Below are positions 11,931 through 22,404 of a stretch of 45,316 bases of DNA, one piece after another. The DNA comes from Guillardia theta CCMP2712 (Eukaryota; Protista; Cryptophyta), in NCBI RefSeq assembly GCF_000315625.1, contig NW_005434590.1, positions 364,786 through 410,101 of the forward strand, read 5' to 3'. The notes under the pieces are model-generated. The model searched no databases and had not been told where the DNA came from. It worked only from the letters and a program-made list of their open reading frames with translations. Made by a program: the position numbers and the translations under genes. Position 1 is the first letter of the stretch. Each line of letters starts with the position of its first letter.

Positions 11931-13555
11931 TGGCGGCGGCCGGCAGGCGCACTCAGTGCCGCAGTGCGCCGGGCCGGCCGCCGGGCTGCCCTGTTTCCGA
12001 ACGTAGTACTCGGCCGGCGGCGAAGAAGGTTCCGAAGTTCAACGTTTGAACCGGCCCACTGGCCCAGTCATCGCACCCGGCCCCGGGAGAGTCCGGCTGA
12101 GACTCTCGGCGGCGCACGTGACGCCCTCAGGATGGTGTGGTCGGAAAATGTGCGGACGGTATGAGGACTTGCCACATCCCGCAGGCGCCAACATCATTGG
12201 CCTGGGTCGGGTGGGAGGGCATAAAAGGAAAATAATCTTGGTGGGGTGATATTATCTACATGGTAGTCATGTCAATAGGGTACTACATAGAGCACATACA
12301 TATAAAGATGAGCCATTTTTGATATAGACACAATTGAATAATCGTATTGGTGTGATGGTACCAATTTACTTGGTCGATTTCATTGTGATTTTTCTTGAGG
12401 GGTAGGGTACTTTATTATTTCAGTAGGTAGGGTAGATATGGAAAGCAGCCCCTAAATTTAAACCGCGGTGTAAACACAAAAAAAGAATAGACACGGGGGT
12501 GGTATTGACTGCAAGTACAACAGAGAACCTATTCTGTCAAAGTCATATTGAAATATTTACTATTAATATTCAATATTTTCATTGAAATTGTATAATTATA
12601 TCAAACTTTGAGAAAACTTGGCAGCGGGTGTAGGGGATGGTTGTAAAGGAAGATAGTGGGGGTACTTGAGGGTAGGAAAAGTAGGTGGGGTACTTAGGCA
12701 ATAGGGGTCAATGTCCATGTTTCAAAGGGGGGTGGGTCTAAACCACCCCTACCCCTTATAAGCAGGTGAAGTTTATGCTCTTCGAAGGTAGCACGTGAGG
12801 GGGAAAAATGAATGGTGGGGTAAGTCGTTGACCCAGCCTTGTACGTGCTTACGGCCTTTGAAAAAGTAATTTATCTTCGATAAGGCAGGTACAATTTAAA
12901 TATAAGTTATTGTTTTGTAGAGGAAATATTGTGATACAGCAACAAAGATCACTCATGGTAGTGTTTATTAGATCTTTAAAAACACGACGAAGTACCAGGT
13001 GAGGTGGTCAAGAGCAGCCTACCCGAGAACTGGTTTTATGAATAAATACTCTAAATATTCAATTTTGTAGGAGAATGAATGAGAATGTTTTGATATGAGT
13101 CGGTGTATTGATGTACGCTACCCTTGATGTACCCCAATATTTGAGACTTTTAAAATAAAAAAGTGTTTTAGACTTTCATTGGGTCAACGCATCCTTCCTA
13201 GATCAAAAGGGGGGTACCCTGGACCCTTTGCTAGACCTCAGAGTTTTATTGGCTAGGTGAGGGTCACCGTACGTCATGAAATGGTGGGTACACTTTGGAG
13301 CCTTCAGTCATATGGTAGGGTAGTCTACAAAGGGGTGGGGTGTTCTGTATAAACAATGCTTAGAGGCATGGTTAAGGTGGGTACTTTTGAGGTCGAAGAG
13401 GGGGTGAAGGAGGAATGAAGGGGTGAAGAAAACTATAGACGGGGTGACGTACTTATCCAGGGGTCAGGGGTACCCAGTGAGGGGTAGGGGTAGGGGGGGA
13501 GGGGAGGAGGCGATATAGGGGGGAAGCAAGCAAGGGCAAGGCAAGGAAGCACGCG

Positions 13556-14737
13556 ATGCCAGTGACGTACCACTTCTCCTCTGAGTCTGTGACTGAGGGT
13601 CACCCTGACAAGCTCTGCGACATCGTCTCGGACTCTGTCCTCGATGCCTGCCTTGCTCAGGACCCCAACTCTAAGGTGGCTTGCGAGACGGCCTCCAAGA
13701 CTGGCATGGTCATGGTCTTTGGTGAGATCACCACCAAGGCCAACCTCGACTACCAGACTATCGTCCGTAACGCCGTCAAGAGCATTGGCTTCGACGACTC
13801 TTCCAAGGGATTTGACTATCAGACCTGCAACGTGCTCGTTGCCATCGAGCAGCAGTCCCCTGATATCGCCCAGGGTGTTCACGAGGGCAAGTCCGAGGAG
13901 GACTTGGGCGCTGGTGACCAGGGTCTCATGTTCGGCTATGCCACCAACGAGACTCCTGAGCTCCACCCCATGTCTCACCTTCTCGCCACCAAGCTTGCTG
14001 CCAAGCTCTCTGAGGTGAGGAACAACAAGACCCTCCCCTACCTCCGCCCCGATGGCAAGACCCAGGTCACCATCGAGTACGAGGAGGAGAACGGCAAGAC
14101 CATCCCCAAGCGCGTCTCTGCCCTCCTCATCTCCACTCAGCACGCTGAGACCGAGGACGGAACTCCCAACGGCAAGACTCTCACCAACGAGAAGATCCGC
14201 GCCGACCTGCGCAAGCACGTCATCGACACCGTGATCCCTGCCGGCATGATCGACGATAAGACCGCCATCCATCTCAACCCTTCCGGCCGCTTTGTCATCG
14301 GAGGACCCCAGGGTGATGCTGGTCTTACCGGACGTAAGATCATCGTCGACTCCTACGGTGGCTGGGGAGCTCACGGAGGAGGAGCCTTCTCTGGCAAGGA
14401 CCCCACCAAGGTTGATCGCTCTGCTGCTTATGCTGCTCGCTGGGTCGCCAAGTCCATCGTTGCCGCTGGCCTTGCGCAGAGGTGCATCGTGCAGGTGGCC
14501 TACGCCATCGGCGTCGCCAAGCCCCTCTCCCTCTACGTCAACACCTACGGCACTGGCACCAAGCCGGACTCGGAGATCCTCGCTATCGTGGAGAAGAACT
14601 TCGATCTCCGCCCCTTCGCCATCATCAAGGAGCTCAACCTCAAGCGCCCCGTCTACACCAAGACCGCTTCCTTCGGCCACTTCGGCCGCAACGATCCGGA
14701 CTTCACCTGGGAGACTCCCAAGAAGCTCAACATGTAA
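13556..14737 (+). CDS. MAT (metK/SAM1): S-adenosylmethionine synthetase (methionine adenosyltransferase), 393 aa, intronless
   Basis: [50 protein letters not shown] and GGGAFSGKD signatures; strong C/G-ending codon bias. Confidence 0.99.
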   Translation: MPVTYHFSSESVTEGHPDKLCDIVSDSVLDACLAQDPNSKVACETASKTGMVMVFGEITTKANLDYQTIVRNAVKSIGFDDSSKGFDYQTCNVLVAIEQQSPDIAQGVHEGKSEEDLGAGDQGLMFGYATNETPELHPMSHLLATKLAAKLSEVRNNKTLPYLRPDGKTQVTIEYEEENGKTIPKRVSALLISTQHAETEDGTPNGKTLTNEKIRADLRKHVIDTVIPAGMIDDKTAIHLNPSGRFVIGGPQGDAGLTGRKIIVDSYGGWGAHGGGAFSGKDPTKVDRSAAYAARWVAKSIVAAGLAQRCIVQVAYAIGVAKPLSLYVNTYGTGTKPDSEILAIVEKNFDLRPFAIIKELNLKRPVYTKTASFGHFGRNDPDFTWETPKKLNM

Positions 14738-14979
14738 GTCCGTCGAGGCTCACAAGTCCCTCGATGGGACGTTGGGGATGTGCTGCTGCTCTCTGCGCGT
14801 GACAGGGACAGCATGCTCTCTGCCAGGGGCGGAGAAAGTCAGTGGGGTGACGGGACACCGTCTGATTCTTTGTCAAGTTGATCGCTTTTCATGTAAGCAT
14901 GTAATAAAGTGTTGCCATAAGGCAGGAGATACAATGGTTTCCTTGCATCATTCTTTCATTGTTTCCTGCAAACTGTCAA

Positions 14980-15541
14980 ACCTACTGCATCATATGTACC
15001 TCGTTGGAGACTGGAGATATTATCGCAGCCCTTGCACTGGCACAACGAGGAAGCAAAAGACTTGGCGTGCCCTGAATTTACCTTCCGCGAAGTCACCAAC
15101 ACCACTTTCATCTTCTTCTACATCAGCTCCTGCAGCTGCAGCAAGGCTGCGTTCATCTGTATTATCATCTTCATCAATGTCGGCGAGTAGCACTGAAGGG
15201 ACAGGCAGTACTTCATCAGCTGAAATGATCATTCCTATCAGACTGTGTCTTCAATATCCAGGCTACACTTCAGTGCTACTCGAGTGCCATTTCATCTCAC
15301 TGATAGTTCGAGTTCCTTCCAGACCTGACTCCTTCCACATGGCTATGAGAAAATCTCAGCACGGTACGGTAGTGCCCTCACAGCCTTGCTCTGACAGTAC
15401 AAGGAGTTTCGTTTCATCCGGACTGGCAGCCTGCAAGCTGACTGATCTACGCGTTCTACCCGGGTTCCAGCAGAGCCGAGGCTCCCCTCCGGACTCAGTC
15501 GTCACATCGACCCCTCGGTTGAGTTTCCTCGGCGCCATCAT
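14980..15541 (-). CDS. Small multi-exon hypothetical acidic protein (boundaries uncertain)
   Basis: MMAPRKLNRG.. at 15541 downstream of a GC island; acidic exon ADEVLPVPSVLLADIDEDDNTDERSLAAAAGADVEEDESGVGDFAE followed by a GTAAAT donor. Confidence 0.35.
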
Positions 15542-16030
15542 GGCATTCTCGCCATCCCGAGGGCAGTGACAGCTGACCTTCTGACCCTCCGACTACCAGG
15601 CTGTTCCCCCCTGCCCGAGCTTCAGAACTTCAGCTTGAATGCAGCTCGGGCTCGGGTCGGATCTTACCCGGCAGTGCGACCCTGATGAAAAGATGTTAAT
15701 CTTGACTGGCTGGCCGCAAGCCTTTTCAACTTTCAACTTTCATTCTTGTTTATATGATAATGTCACAATCAGGACTGTCAAGTCCCCGGGTGAGGTCCAG
15801 CAGCTTCCGAGTGACTCAGCGGCCTCCCCAAGTCACTCGTGAACCTGACAGTCTCGAGTTCCACCACCCGGTCACGGCACTCACTTTCAAGTTCACCGAC
15901 GGCTCTGCTCACGTCGCGACGGCGGCTGAGCTGCCAGCTGGGCAACTTCAGTTACTCGCCTGACCCGGGCCTGAGAAACCGTCTGGCCGGCCGAGTGACG
16001 GCCGGTAGCTAGTGGCGGGGGCCCAAGGTA

Positions 16031-17134
16031 TCAGGCTGCATCTTCGAGGAGATTCAGAATATCGCTTGCAAGGACACGAAGATACTCAAAGTCCTTGTAG
16101 TCTCTCTCGACGCGGGACAGCAGCTCCATCACCATGCTCTTGCTCGTCTGCATGTTCTCTTGCAAGTCCTTGCACGAGCTGACCACGTCACGCAAGCCAT
16201 GGCAGCACATCATCTGCAGGTCCATCTCTGTTCTGTTGGTCTTCATGCAGTAGACTAGCGCGTCTGCTCCTCCATCTCTCAGCACTTTCTCCGGGGCACT
16301 GAACGCCAGGTTCTTGAGCAGGAAGCAGGCATACTGGAGGATGCCCTTGTTGCTCCTTACCATCTTGCCAAGCACCTTGACGTTGGCTTGCTCGTTAAAC
16401 TCCGGGCGATCGGAGACTTTGCATTTGGAGGAGAGCTCGACGAGGAGCTGGAAGGCAGGCGTGACAAGGCTCATGTTCTGAGGATGATGCTCCAAGATGT
16501 CGAAGAGCGCAGCAACGCCCTTGGCTCTGAAGATCTTGGGGAAGAGCGCGACGTCGCTGGCAAAGCGATTGAGGGCAAGACAACCTTGCATCTGCATCTC
16601 GGAGAAGGTCTTGTGCAGCTGCATGCCCGTAGCAACCGCCTCGATCGCGCCATTCTTGGCGAGGGACTTGCGGAACTCCTCATCTCGCGCTAGAGTGTGG
16701 AACAAGAACGCGCCGATGGCTTGAATGGCATCGAACGACTTGTGGTGCTTCACGACGAGCATTGAAGATTTGACTACCCCGGCCTCGCGCAGTCTCTGCC
16801 AGTGGTTGGGGTTGACGGCGACGTTTTGAAGAACTCCAAGGCAGGACATGACAAGCATCGTCTCCTCGATATGCTTCTTCATGGCGCCGATGATCACCTC
16901 GACCCCTCCGCACTTCACCAGCACGTTGTTGTTGTGGGGGACGAGAGCATAGCCGGAGAGCATAGCAATCCCATCGTCGAGCCTCTCGGGATCGTCGGGG
17001 TGTTTCTTCATGTCATCGATGATGCTCTCGATCGGTCCCTTGGTCGTCTCTTTCTTCTTCGGAGGGATCTTCTGGCCAGACCTGATGGCATTGGAGAGCT
17101 CTAACAGTGCAAGTAGTGGAGCGCAGTCCGACAT
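16031..17134 (-). CDS. Armadillo-repeat protein, 367 aa, intronless
   Basis: Repeated ARM-like units of about 42 aa: GGVEVIIGAMKKH..SCLGVLQNVA, GAIEAVATGMQLH..QGCLALNRFA, GGADALVYCMKTN..CCHGLRDV. Confidence 0.9.
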   Translation of the reverse strand: MSDCAPLLALLELSNAIRSGQKIPPKKKETTKGPIESIIDDMKKHPDDPERLDDGIAMLSGYALVPHNNNVLVKCGGVEVIIGAMKKHIEETMLVMSCLGVLQNVAVNPNHWQRLREAGVVKSSMLVVKHHKSFDAIQAIGAFLFHTLARDEEFRKSLAKNGAIEAVATGMQLHKTFSEMQMQGCLALNRFASDVALFPKIFRAKGVAALFDILEHHPQNMSLVTPAFQLLVELSSKCKVSDRPEFNEQANVKVLGKMVRSNKGILQYACFLLKNLAFSAPEKVLRDGGADALVYCMKTNRTEMDLQMMCCHGLRDVVSSCKDLQENMQTSKSMVMELLSRVERDYKDFEYLRVLASDILNLLEDAA

Positions 17135-17339
17135 GCTGGCGTGTTGGTGACCTGATGGCTCGTCTAGTCGGCTTGTTCTTGGGGGATGGAGCAGGGATGG
17201 AGACGAGGAGGGAGGGCGGGAGGGGCTTTATGGCGGGAGATTCGGAAGTTCAAATGATCACTGTCAGAACTTTACTAAGTTATGGGTCCGACGAGTGAAC
17301 TCCAAAAGTTTCAACTTTATTTTTTCCAAAGTTTCACTG

Positions 17340-17720
17340 CGGCGACCGTGACGGTCGGCAAGTTCAAGGCTTTCAAGTCCGATCAATTCATAGTATTAAC
17401 TTGAACTGAGTTCCGAGTCGGGCCGCGTCACTGAGTGGCCCTCACCGTCACGGTACAAGTTGCCGGCCGGGCCGCACGGTGCCAGGCACGGTCACTGAGT
17501 GTCAAGCGGCCAGTCCGTAAACCGTTGAACCGTTTTGGATCAACTTGAAACGGAACTCGGAAGTTGCCACACTGACGCCCCGGGTGTACGGTACGGTCAC
17601 TGGCCACCGGCACCGGGTGACGGTGGCAGGCCCGGACCGGCGGACGGTCCGATCCGATCGGCGGTGCCGGGTCACCCGCCGCGCTGGCCCCCGTCACCCG
17701 GTGAACTTAGGTATATTAGG
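17340..17720. promoter_or_regulatory. GC-rich island upstream of the ARM gene
   Basis: CCGG/CGGTCAC-rich, shares the 15-mer GTACGGTACGGTCAC with the 11 kb island; flanked by AAGTT/AACTT words. Confidence 0.55.
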
Positions 17721-18509
17721 TGCCAGGGGATGAGGGGAGCAGCCTGAAGAAGGCAGTAGCAGCTGTGATACGGCGGAACTACCCACCCCCTTTGACCCGG
17801 TGTATTGCCTAGTTCTAGAAATACCCCCCTTTTTAATATGGATAAAAGGGGTAGTCTTTTGAGTATGACGACCCCTACCCTCGATTTACAAAACCATGGG
17901 AAGGAGGTCAGCAGGGGAGATACGTTTCTTTACCTACGGCTGCAAATAAATACATTAAATTTTGAACATAAACTATAAAATCTTGGGGCAATATTTATAG
18001 TTTAATGTGAAATACTTCCAAACGACAGAAAAGTACTGAGTGATTTACTACAGTAAATGTTTTCGGTTTTGAGGGGCGGATGTCGGTGCAAAGTGACAGT
18101 TTCCAATCCATAAAATGATCATAAAATACTGTTGACCACCACACCGAATCGTGAATTTTATTGAATTTTTATTGCAATGTATTGTTTTCCAGTTTATTCA
18201 TGGTGTAAAATGGAATGGTTTTGTCCTTTCGTTCCCTTCCTCCTCCTCCTCCTCCTGTCCCAACTTCCTCCACTCCTCCTCCCGCCCCCCCCCCCCCCCC
18301 CCTTTCCCCTCCTCCTGGCACTCCACCCTCCTCCTCTGTCCTCAGTCACCATTGATCCTCCTTCCTCGCACTTCTCCTCTGCCTCCTGCAAGGTGTACCC
18401 TCCTCCTCTTACGAGATCCTTTTTTGCCGAAATCGACCTTCTTCACATCCCTGTTGCAGCGCTAGGACACCCGCCTCCAGGATCGTCTTGATATTTCAAG
18501 CACAGCACG

Positions 18510-18989
18510 ATGAAAGTTCAATGTACAACCTTGCTTTCAGTGCTTCTAGTCTGTCTTGCCTCCTCCTCCGCGTTTGTGAATGAGCTTCGATGCCCCAACA
18601 TGAACCAAGGCGTCGCTGACATGTCCGGAGTCAAGCAAGACTGTCCCTTCGGGGACATGTGCCCCTGTAAGTCCTGGGATCGAACTATCTCAAACCATCT
18701 GCACGAGACTGCCATGCCTCTGCGGGGAAACGAGGAAGCGAACGAGGACAAGAGCTCGCAGGAGGTGGAGCGGGAGCTAGAGGAGCTCGGGGCGGTAGAC
18801 ATCAGCTCCGTGGTTTCGCATCCTCGGGACAACCTCTGCAGGCTGAACGAAGTTTTCCGAGGGCTGAACGACAAGACTTTCACGATGGGACCTGACCATG
18901 AGAAATCGAGCCTGTCCTTCTACTCGCCCAAGAGCATGGCTGACCAATGGCACTGCCCTCTGCACTCCCACCCCAAGGCGGACATGTAA
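18510..18989 (+). CDS. Small secreted Cys-containing hypothetical protein, 159 aa
   Basis: Intact ORF, signal peptide MKVQCTTLLSVLLVCLASSSA|F, Cys motifs RCP..DCPFGDMCPC..LC..HCPLH. Confidence 0.75.
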   Translation: MKVQCTTLLSVLLVCLASSSAFVNELRCPNMNQGVADMSGVKQDCPFGDMCPCKSWDRTISNHLHETAMPLRGNEEANEDKSSQEVERELEELGAVDISSVVSHPRDNLCRLNEVFRGLNDKTFTMGPDHEKSSLSFYSPKSMADQWHCPLHSHPKADM

Positions 18990-19252
18990 GAAGAGAGCGG
19001 AGGAGATGGAGGAGGGAGAGGTTGAGGGTCTGTTGTGCATGAGAGCAGACGAGATGATGGTGGAAGGGACGAGAAGATTGTTTGAGAGGGTAATGGTAGA
19101 TTTGATTTTTGACGAGTAAAGCGCTAATTTCACGAGAATGACGGAAGTTGAAACAACTCTGTTTTCATCTTTTCCTGTCTCTGCCTGTGTCTTTTTCTCT
19201 GTCTCCATGTCTGTCTGCATGTCTACCCCTGTCTTTTGCCATCCTTCTCTCT

Positions 19253-21369
19253 TCAGGTGGTAAGGATTCCTTGGCCTTCGCCGGAGTTGGGAGGAGAAAC
19301 TGACAGTCGAACTCCGTTGGTGTCTGAGAGGGGAGGAGGAGAGGCCAGCTGATACCCTGCTGGAGATGTGACTGGAGATGTGAAAGTTTGAAGAATGGGA
19401 GGCAGGGAGGGGAGTGAGAGGAAGGAGGGCGGGGCGAGGAGCGGAGGGAAGGAGGGGCAATTAAGGAGGAATGGATGACAACTCAGGAGGAGAGGCAGAA
19501 GAGGATGACGGCGATGAAGAAAGAAGGGCGGGGGGGGAAACCATTCGTGTTGGGCCCGAAGGGAGGGGTTGCCGTGACACCTGAGGCAGCACGAGTGAGA
19601 GAGATGCGGCGAGAGCGAAGGTGGACGGAGGAGGGGAAGGAGGAAGAGGAGAGGACGGGAAGGAATGACATGTAGAGCAATAGAAAGATAGGGGAAGAGG
19701 AGCAATTGAGAGAGGAAAGGCAAAGGAGGAGGAAAGCAAGGCGAAGAAAGAGACTGAGGGAGAGGAGGAGGAGGAGGAGGACAAGGTGGAAGGAAGAAGG
19801 AGGAGGAGATACCTCGTCGTCGGATGAGTTGAACCCTGAAGGTTTCACTGTCTCGCTTGAAATCGAGGGCCACCTGCTTGTTCCTGTCAAATTTTGCTGT
19901 CAATTAGCACGAGAATGACGACCTGCGTCCCTGGATCCCCGATGATCTGATTGGTGATGCTGAGACAAGGTAAGGCACAAACGTGAAGAGTGGAGAGTAG
20001 ATGTCACGTCGGAATGTCTAGTCCGATCACTGAGGCCTGTAGAGTAGGATGAATCAGGAATGGTTAGCAAAAAAAGCGTACGGATACGGATACATTTGAG
20101 GAGGAGGAGAAAGAGGAGGAGTTGGGGGGGGGGGGGGGAGGAGGAGGAGGTGGTGGTGGTGGTGGAGATCCTAATGAAAGAGGAGGAATTGGTGGTAATG
20201 GTGATGGTGGGGAAAAAAGAAAAGGAGGAAGAAGTGGAAGAAGANNNNNNNNNNNNNNNNNNNNNNNNNNNNNNNNNNNNNNNNNNNNNNNNNNNNNNNN
20301 NNNNNNNNNNNNNNNNNNNNNNNNNNNNNNNNNNNNNNNNNNNNGTCAGCAGTCATGGAAGATGCAGCTTCTTAAATCGAGGCAGGGTCGTGGTGGTGGA
20401 GGAGGAGGAGGAAATCCGGGGGGATATACCCTCATCACTGTCGGCATGAGGGTCCTGATCAGGCTCAGCTTCACCTCCTTGCAAGAGGGACACGAGTCGG
20501 CACGTCACCTGTCGTCTGTTCCGATGACAAGACCAACTCCGACTTTAGAAGAAGAGTTTATGTTCCTCTCCTGCCAAGTGCTGTGAGTCTACAGATATGA
20601 AACATCATCATATGGTCAGTTGCAGCTGACAAGGCACGAGTCCCCTTCGACCTAGAAGCAGGAGGGAGGGTGAGGAGGAGAATGAAGGCGGGGAGAAGGG
20701 TTTAGAGGATGAATGGCGAGGGCGATGGGTGGCCTACAAGTATAGAGGAGGGGCTGAAGAGGTCAAAGGAGAAAGAGATTCAAGATTGTATTTGTCATGA
20801 GCAGGACAGCTAGGGAAGAGCGTGAAAGCAATCAGATATCGTTCTGACCTCCACTATCTTCCTCAGTCTCAAGATTTCCCTCTGGTTGGCTTCATACTTG
20901 GTCCTCCACTGTCACTAACTGTCAGACAAACATCATGAGCAGCTGGCTCAACCGTCTCGCCTTCTTCCTTGACCTTTGAATACTCGATCTGTCAAGAGCG
21001 ATCCCTCCAGAGTTACAATGCTTGTTGAATGGTTGTGGCAAGCTGAAGTACCTTCAGATTTGATAAGATCTCCTGAAACTGCGCCACTGAAATGGATTGC
21101 GGGACTTCATAGGATTGTCAAGTGGCGACATGAAGGAAATTGACATCGTACTCGGAATCGTCTGATAGATTGAGCTCGTCACAGGAACTGAGTTGTAGGA
21201 AAATCCCATTGGGTCTGAAGCTAGAAGTCATCACAGCAAAAACCAAACACCAACAAAGACAGGAAAAGCACAGTAAACTATTCAAGACATGACAATGAGA
21301 TCTATGTTGTAGCTTACAAGTGGAATATCCATTAGCTGTTGAGTTGAGTGTTGGACTCAGACTGGACAT
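19253..21369 (-). CDS. Coiled-coil plus single PDZ domain protein, many short exons, PDZ interrupted by an assembly gap
   Basis: Exons: SISVAQFQEILSNLK|IEYSKVKEEGET|WRTKYEANQREILRLRKIVE; KVGVGLVIGTDDR|TLMPTVMR..[gap]..ASVIGLDIPT|ITNQIIGDPGTQ|VALDFKRDSETFRVQLIRRR; last exon ..GQGILTT* at 19253. Confidence 0.7.
20245..20343. other. Assembly gap
   Basis: Run of about 100 N. Confidence 1.
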
Positions 21370-22404
21370 TTTGCCTTGTTTTCCTGTAGTAAGAAAATGT
21401 CAGAGGGAATGCGAGCGAGTTCAAGAAAACAATGAGAGGGAGGTATACGCGTATGAATTCATCAGCTGCAATCTCAAGTCCTACACAACTTCCATCCCCT
21501 CTTCAGTGCTCAAATCCACTGCACTTCTTTCCGAGTTTCCCTTCGTACCTCCTTGTTCTCCTTCTTCTTCTCCTCCTCCTCATTCTCCTCCTCCCCACAT
21601 CTCCGACTCAACCCTGTACGTGCATTTCTGTACTCCGTATCGCCGCCTGATCGCCGAAGCAAACTCCCCGGCGTCAAGTTTGTCCAGTACCGGTCCTCTA
21701 AGTTCTGTCCCCTCAAAACCACTGGCATATCTGACTGCGAGAGGCTGGGTAGCCACTTGTCCACTTTCTACTAATACTACACTTTGATATTCTTACAACT
21801 ATAGATAAGTGGTTGATACAGTTGAACGGAGGCAAGGGCGCCACCCCACCTACCGTACCACCCTCGGGGCACAACGGGTAGCGGGATGACCCTTTGGTAC
21901 TTCCAGTGACAATAAGGTACCCTACCCGTCTGTCCCCCAACAAGTGACTTATGAAATGACCCCTCCTGGATGCCCCCGGGTGCGGCGCGGAGGTAGCATG
22001 ATTCTGAACTAAAAGTTTCGAAGTTCTCGAACTCTCAAACGTTTCAAAGTTTCAAAGTTTCAAAGTACAAACTTGGTCTTAAACTGATCCGATGGGCCCG
22101 ATGCTGTAGCTCCGTACAATCGTGACGACGGTGACTAGGACAAGAGGAGCAGGAGGAGCACCGAAGGAGTTGGGAGAGGACAAGTGAAGGAGGAGGAGGT
22201 TGAAGACTCCAACAGAAGTGAACAGGTTGAAGGCACAACACAGCCCTGCTCTTGTTGTGCTTTCGACCCAGCCGTACTCGTCGAGTCAACAAAGAAACGC
22301 ACGCATAGTGAAATTTGCGGCATGATCAGACGAGCATCGACGAGACTTTGATATGTTGCACGCCTGAACACTCGTGGAGGAGAAGGAAAAGGACAGCGAA
22401 GATC

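Noticed and set aside
13433-14680. 415-aa antisense ORF over MAT (and the 425-aa ORF 14292-15569)
   Set aside because: Shadow ORFs produced by the strong codon bias of the real gene.
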